DNA from: Octopus vulgaris
Lineage: Eukaryota
Reading direction: 5' to 3'
Assembly (NCBI GenBank): GCA_951406725.2
Contig: OX597819.1
Span: 79,794,001-79,858,000 of the forward strand
DNA: 64,000 bases
This document shows positions 57,302 through 64,000 of the stretch, in pieces. Below the pieces are notes generated by a model that saw only the letters and a program-made list of their open reading frames with translations, had not been told where the DNA came from and did no database searches. The translations under genes were made by a program, and so were the position numbers. The stretch's first letter is position 1; every line of letters starts with the position of its first letter.

Positions 57302-57705
57302 TAGGCGCAGCAGTGGCTGTGTGGTAAGAAGCTTCCCAACCTCATGGTTGTGGGTTTAGTCCCACTGCATGGCAATATGGGTAAGTGTCCTCTACTATTT
57401 CATCGAGCCGAACAAAGCCTTTTGCAAGTAGATTTGGTAGACGGAAACTGAAAAGAAAATAGAAAAAACTTGGCACACATGTGTGTATGTATGTGTGTGT
57501 GAGTATATGTGTGCATGCATGCGTGCGTGTGCATGTGTGTCTGTCTGTCTTTGTCTTTCTCCCCACCATCGCTTGACAACCGCTGTTGGTTTGTGCACGT
57601 CTCTGTAACTTAGCGATTCGGTTGAAGTTAGTGATAGAATAAGTACCAGGCTTAAAACGATATTGGGTTCGATTCGTGCGACTAAAAACTCTTCAAGGCG
57701 GTACC
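57302..57705 (+). mobile_element. SINE family A copy
   Basis: Head GGCGCAGCAGTGGCTGTGTGGTAAG, (TG)-rich centre, and 3' half truncated before the tail. Confidence 0.85.
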
Positions 57706-58033
57706 TTGATCAAAAATACCACATAAAAACGCACATAAAACACAAAGAATATTGACTGGAATTTATCGTCGAGCATCATTGATCCATGCAATACGCCACA
57801 TCACTATTTCATACAAGATCACACTCTACAACATTGCGCCACAGTGTTCAACTGATCTGTTCTTATTTTATTGACCTCGAAAGAATAAAAAGCAAATTCG
57901 ATTTCGATTGACAGATTGATAGCTAGCTAGATAGATAGAGAGAGACACACACACACGCAAAAGAGAGGGAGAGAAGGGGGAGAAAGACAGGGACTGGGAG
58001 AGCAAGGGAGACAGACAGATATAGACAGACGTG

Positions 58034-58090
<57 letters not shown>

Positions 58091-58107
58091 GGGTAGGTAG
58101 ATAGTTT

Positions 58108-58145
<38 letters not shown>

Positions 58146-58149
58146 TAGC

Positions 58150-58209
<60 letters not shown>

Positions 58210-58469
58210 GCCAGACAGAAGATTGATATCAACTTACAAACATACCAGCTAAAATAAATGGCTTACATTCGATCCCATCTCAAACGAATGTTCGATTAAT
58301 TCCGTCCATACGTGTTTTGGTTGAGTTTTGATAACTTCTGATATCTTCTAATCAAATTGTATAAACGTATCAATGTTTTTATGGAGATATTGGATTCACG
58401 TCGAATCAAAATGCAGATAATATTATTTTATAGAATATGTTTTATATAATATAATGTTTAATTGCGTGC

Positions 58470-58675
58470 TAGCGAGCTGGTAGAACGTTAGCACGCCGGT
58501 TAAAATGCTAAGCAGCCTTTCGTCCGCCTTCACGTTCTAAGTTCAAATATCACCAAGTTCGACTTTGTCTTTCATTCTTTCGGGGTCGATAAAATATGTC
58601 CAAGCTGAACACTGGAGTTGATGTGATCGATCTATCCCTCCTCCAAAATGTTAGGCTTTGTGTCAAAAAAATATT
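58470..58675 (+). mobile_element. SINE family C copy
   Basis: GCGAGCTGG.AGAA.CGTTAGCACG..GTTCAAAT..TTTCGGGGTCGATAAAAT. Confidence 0.75.
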
Positions 58676-58775
58676 ACTAGTTTACATCCCTGCCATTCTA
58701 TGATATAACCTTTAAGTATTTTAGTCTATCATATTGATTCCATTGCATAATTCAAACTTGCTATTATGTTTTCTG

Positions 58776-59085
58776 TGAAGGCGCGTGACTTAGTGGTTAG
58801 GGCATTCGTCTCACGATCACAAGGTTGTGAGTTCAATTCCCTGCGATGCGTTGTGTCCTTGAGTATGACACGTTATTTTACGTTGCTCCAGTCAACTCAG
58901 CTGGCAAAAATGAGTTGTATCTATATTTCAAAGGCTCAGCCTTTTCACACTCTGTGACGCCGTATCTCCTTGAGAACTACGTTAAGGGTACACGTGTCTT
59001 TGAAGTACACGTTAATTTCACGAGTAGGCTGTTCCGTTAATCGGATCAACTGGAACCCTCATTGTCATAACCGACGGAGTGCCAG
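58776..59085 (+). mobile_element. tRNA-head SINE family B (tail type 2, shared with 12229-12608)
   Basis: Head and core like 56858-57180; 3' half GAACTACGTTAAG...ATCAACTGGAACCCTC..GACGGAGTGCCA like 12430-12608. Confidence 0.85.
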
Positions 59086-60084
59086 TCGTTATTCTATCGA
59101 AGGCGACAAGCTGCCATCGGACGAAATGCTTAGCAGTATTGCTCTCTAATGTCATGTTCTGAGTTCAAATTCCGTCGAGGTTAGCTTTGCCTTTAATCAT
59201 TCTGGTGTCGATAAAATAGAACGTAAACCCGGAAAAAATACCGCTAAGCATTTTCTCCGGTGCGGTAATGATTCTGCCGTCTCACGGGCTTAAATGTCAA
59301 CCCGTTCCCTTAAATACCACCTCGCCGCCTTCCTCCGACTTCATTTGATATCATAAATTCTTTCTAATTAAGATTTGAGGGAAGGGGACACGTTTCTAAT
59401 TTCCGATTCACAAGTGCAACCGTTGTGAGGGTAGGGGCTTCTAGATAACGTCGGCATCAGTACTTGGAAGGAACTTTATTTTAATTCCCCGACAGGATGA
59501 ATGAAAAAGTTAGCCGAAGAAGTATTTGAGCTCAAAAGGTCCAGGGCCTAAAGAAATACCACAAGGAATCTGTGTGCGACACTCTAGTAATTCTGCCAAG
59601 CTACCACCCCAATCAATATTATTAACACTTTCTAAGGACAAGGTTAATCGACACCATAATTGACGTGTCCCCTTCCCTTACATCTGCTGGCCTTGATCCC
59701 TACAACGGAGCGGCATGCCGTTCAGGAGGATGTTGTACTCTGGATCACGTGTATGCCATGGAAACTAGGTAACCGGCTTTATGAGTCGATATACTAATAT
59801 TTTTTGTCAATTACCGAAATTAAGCTTTTTTTTCTTCTTTGAGACATCATGCGGATATCAGAACTGTTGGACTGTGATGAGAGTAATGAAACATCAGAAT
59901 CATTAAGGGGTCCGAGAAAAAAACCTTCTTTGCAATTTAGTACCGGCTATTTATATTTTGTGTTCATATTCCGGCGTGTTCAACTCTGTTTTTCACTGGT
60001 GAATTTGCAGAAACGTTGGAGCAAAATTTATTTTGAGTTCATATCCTAGTGTGAAGTTTGGGCTTTTCTTTCTTTTTTTTTTAT

Positions 60085-60465
60085 CTGTGGCTGTGCGGTA
60101 ATAAGCTTGTTTCCCTACCACATGGTTCAAGGTTCAGTGCTACTGCCTGGCACCTTGGACAAGTGTCTCCTACTATAGCCTCGAGCCGACCAAAGTCTTG
60201 TGAGAGGATTTGATAGACGGTAACTGAAAGAACCCCCTCGTATCTCGTATATATGTGTGTGTGTCTTTGTTTTTCCCACCACCACTTGACAACCGGTGCT
60301 GGTGTGTTTACGTCCCCGTAGCTTAGCGTTTCGGTAAAAGACACCTGATAGAATAAGTACCAGGCTTTAAAATTTAAGTAGTGGGGACGATACACTCGAC
60401 TAAAAATTCTTCAAGGCAGTGCTCCAGCATGGCCGCGGTCTAATGACTGAAACAAGTAAAAAGCG
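60085..60465 (+). mobile_element. SINE family A, near full length
   Basis: Complete head-to-tail homology with 18198-18590. Confidence 0.9.
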
Positions 60466-60688
60466 AAAGAAGAGATAACTCTTTTACACTTTTACTTGTT
60501 TCAGTCATTTGACTGCGGCAATGCTGGAGCACCGCCTTTAGTTCAGCAAATCGACCCCAGGACTTATTCTTTGTAAGCCTGGAACTTATTCAGTCGGTCT
60601 CTTTTTGCCGAACCGTTAAGTTACGGGGACGTAAACACACCAGCATCGGTTGTCAAGCGATGTAGTGGGGACAAACACAGACACAAAA

Positions 60689-60782
<94 letters not shown>

Positions 60783-60786
<4 letters not shown>

Positions 60787-61315
60787 ATAATACATAGGGC
60801 AATAGAGACTGAGATTTCTACTGCTCTTTCTAGCACAACGCTTTCCTATTTGGAAGCCTCTTATTGTATTTCTGTATGAATAATATATAGTCTAATAACT
60901 AATTCGTTTTTTGTGCTAGGCCACTGGTAATAATAGTTTATTATTGCCCTATGTATTATGCTTAAATATTGTTTGTTAAATTTGTTCGAAATTTTTACCG
61001 GCATCCTCTACACTGCTGGGTATAATCTGCGTCTGCGCAGTGGTTTGAAAAGTTAGGATATACAAACCGTTAGTTCTACGTGTGGATCTGGCGGTCTGTA
61101 TGTTTGAAATCTGAAAGCTATCCCACTGATGAAAACTGGCCTTCAGTGAATATTTTTTTGCTGGAAATAGTTAGAAACCATGGTCTGGGAAATAGTTGAG
61201 ATGGTAAACGTTTTTAATTTTCATTCCTTTCGAGAATTTATCCTTTTTCTTGTGGTTTTGAGATTTCTACTGCTCTTTCTAGCACAACGCTTTCCTATTT
61301 GGAAGCCTCTTATTG

Positions 61316-61322
<7 letters not shown>
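60783..61322 (+). mobile_element. Hammerhead-containing non-coding retroelement (retrozyme / Penelope pseudo-LTR)
   Basis: 64-nt direct repeat 60810-60873 = 61259-61322 (449-nt period); 19-nt inverted copy 60786-60804 of 60942-60960; hammerhead at 61117-61196. Confidence 0.8.
61117..61196 (+). ncRNA. Type I hammerhead ribozyme, intact core
   Basis: GCTATCCCA-CTGATGA-[A AACTG..TTCAGTGAA/TTTGCTGGA..TAGTT A]-GAAA-CCATGG-TC-TGGGAAATAGT; predicted GUC cleavage after 61185. Confidence 0.85.
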
Positions 61323-61396
<74 letters not shown>

Positions 61397-61600
61397 CACG
61401 ACGGGCTTCTTTCAGTTTCCGTCTACCAAATACCCTCACAAGGCTCTGGTTTGGTAGAAGACACTTGCCCAAGGGCCACGCAGTGGGACTGAACCCGGAA
61501 CCATGTGGTTCGTAAGCAAGCTACTTACAATTGCATTAACAACCTAAGTGTTCTGAAATGGTAATGGTGTTTTATTTTAATATCAAAAAACACTTTAAAC

Positions 61601-62098
61601 CAATGGTTCTCAATCATTTTTTTATATGTAGACTGCTTTCATTACTGAGGAGGCACATGGTTTAGTGGTTAGAGTGTTGGACTTACGATCGTACGATTGT
61701 GGTTTTTCGATTCCTGGACCTGGCGATGCATTGTGTCCTTGAGCAAAACACTTCGTGTCACGTTACTCCAGTCTTTTCATCTGGAAAAAGTGAGTAATCC
61801 TTTAATAGACCGGCGTCCCCTCCAGGTGGGGTATTTATACGCCATGGAAGCCGGGAAACCTTATGAGTCGGTATGACTTGAGAAGAAAACTTTACCTTAC
61901 CTTACCGTTTCCGGTATAAATTAATATCACTAAGAAATATTACCGGTCCCTGGCACATTGAAAAAAAAAACTGCCTGTACGCCACATCAGATAGTTTGAG
62001 AAGCCCTGTGCTACAGTGTATTTTCCTTGCGTGGACCCCCACAACTCTTACATTGATCCCCACCCCGTGGTCATATGGACACTGGTTTTAAACCATAT
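61601..62098. mobile_element. Decayed hAT/Charlie-like MITE interrupted by a SINE
   Basis: CAATGGTTCTCAA start and ...ATGGACACTGGTTTTAAACCATA end resemble CAGTGGTTCTCAAC-type TIRs. Confidence 0.4.
61648..61905 (+). mobile_element. tRNA-head SINE family B (tail type 3, (CTTAC)n end)
   Basis: TGGTTTAGTGGTTAG A box, TTCGATTCC B box, TGTGTCCTTGAGCAAAACACTT core, distinct tail. Confidence 0.8.
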
Positions 62099-63060
62099 CT
62101 TTACATGACCTAGTAAGGAGCCTGTATGTGAAAGTTTAACAAGCTAGAAACAACAGCCAAATCTCTATTAAGTTACAACAGTCAGTCTATAAAGGTGTTT
62201 ACAGATGAGCGAGAGATTCTCTATAAACCAGTCTTAGGATGGATTTTTATCCAGACCTATGAGAGAGCCCGTATGTGACAGCTTGACAAGGTAAAAACAG
62301 CTACATCACTTTACAAGTGACTAAAATGACTAAAAATAATAAAATAAAAAAGCACATCCAGGATAATGGTGTCCCACGTTCACTAATACAATCCATGATT
62401 ATATGTGAACGTGATCAAGGTTCGGGTGTTTGGGGTTTTTAATCGAAACAGGAATTGAAGAGACTGGAGGCAGAAACAACAACGACATCAAAAAGGAAGC
62501 CTCTTTAGGGAGGGAGACTCCATCTGTAAGAAATAGCAGCCAAATTCCACGCAAATCACGTACTAACGTTTTAATAAAATACTTTGGACATATTGTATTA
62601 ATTCTAAATGCAACATGGCTGAGATTAGCAAAAAAGAAAAAAAATGAAAAAGAAAAAGGAAAACTACTGATCATATGCGTTGGATCATTAGTTTACTCGT
62701 TGACCGAGACACAACAGACTTGGGGTTAAACAACAACAACAACAATAACAACAACAACAACAACATCAGCAACAAAAGCAGCAGCGGCAGCGAACCAATC
62801 AGACGCAACACAATATATCTATTGCTAGTAACTTTAGACAATCTTCTTTTCATGTCTGAATACATTACACAATCCAAGAGTTATCATTAAACATCTAATA
62901 TTATTTAAACACGAGAACAGAGAAGATATCCGATATATCATGTTGATATCAAATAGTAAAAACATTAAACAACCACAACACTACCAATAATAATAATAAT
63001 AATAATAAAAATAATAATAATAATAATGATAATAATAATGATAATAATAATAATAATAAC

Positions 63061-63108
<48 letters not shown>

Positions 63109-63886
63109 CGATCTCAGCAGATTTGATTTTACTTTTGGTTATAGTAATATATATATTAATGATGGAGGTGGAGGTTTACTTTTTCTTTTGTGCTTGTTTT
63201 TTTTTAATAATGTTTTTTTTAATATTTTTAAGCATCTATATGAATCTATATTATCATCAGTATCGAATATGAGCATTTATGACTGTTCATGCATATGTTT
63301 AAACATAGTTATAATATACACTCATACGTTCACGCAGGATGTATATATTACATTGTGCACATACATAGATGAGTGAGTGTGAGTAGTGTGTGTGTGCGTG
63401 TGTGTGTGTATGTGTGTGTGTGTATGTGAGTGTGTTTGTTTGTGTGTGTATGAATGTGTGTAATATAAGAGTAATCATTTATCTATCAATCTAATTATGT
63501 ATCTCATAATCTGGTAAAACACTCTTCATGGTGGTGCTCCAGGATGGCCGCAGTCAAATTACTGGAACAAATACAAAAATAAAAGAATATATGTGTGTGC
63601 GCATGTATATATGTGTGGGTGTGAATACGTGCGTGTGTGTGTGTAAAGGCACTTAGAGGTGTGCTTATCTAACTATATATATATTTACATTTTGTGATTT
63701 TTCCGTTATGAAGACTGATTCAGATCATACATATCAAAGTTTACCCTCACCATGATAATACATGGGGCATAAACACTCTTGGAACCTAATAGCTATCGCA
63801 ATGAATAAGTTACACGTAGATACACACACATACATATAATTGTACATATATGTATAAGTGTGCAGGCGTATGTGTATGTGTATATG

Positions 63887-63917
<31 letters not shown>

Positions 63918-64000
63918 ATATAAAACTTAAAACTTAGATAAAACTTAGATATGTTTCGACCAGAGATTGGTACAAGGCCATGTATAACTATATATATATA

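Larger units (their letters stand above)
60480..61527 (-). mobile_element. SINE family A split by an insertion in its internal microsatellite
   Basis: Tail half 60480-60690 and head half 61399-61527 are both on the minus strand in the correct order, separated by microsatellite plus the 60783-61322 insert. Confidence 0.85.

Noticed and set aside
63945-63990. GGTCGAAACA (minus strand), resembling the 3' half of a Penelope hammerhead
   Set aside because: No CUGANGA upstream; too short to call.

Overview
AT-rich, extremely microsatellite-dense eukaryotic DNA with no supportable host protein-coding gene. Almost all ORFs in the track are translations of simple repeats. The SINE families and repeat texture look like an octopus (coleoid cephalopod) intronic or intergenic region; this is inferred, not verified. 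The window is a transposon graveyard. It holds a full-length Tc1 (DD34E, IR/DR ends), a full-length Chapaev3-type element (TTA TSD), several decayed mariners and MITEs, non-autonomous Helitrons, CR1-, RTE- and R4/Dong-type LINE fragments, and many modular tRNA-derived SINEs. The most interesting signal is a set of four type I hammerhead ribozyme motifs (about 14.8, 24.5, 36.9 and 61.1 kb) in short non-coding elements, three of them in or next to (TA)n tracts. One has an intact core and lies in a 449-nt unit with a 64-nt terminal direct repeat, a retrozyme or Penelope pseudo-LTR architecture, nested inside a SINE. All calls were made by eye and boundaries of decayed elements are approximate.
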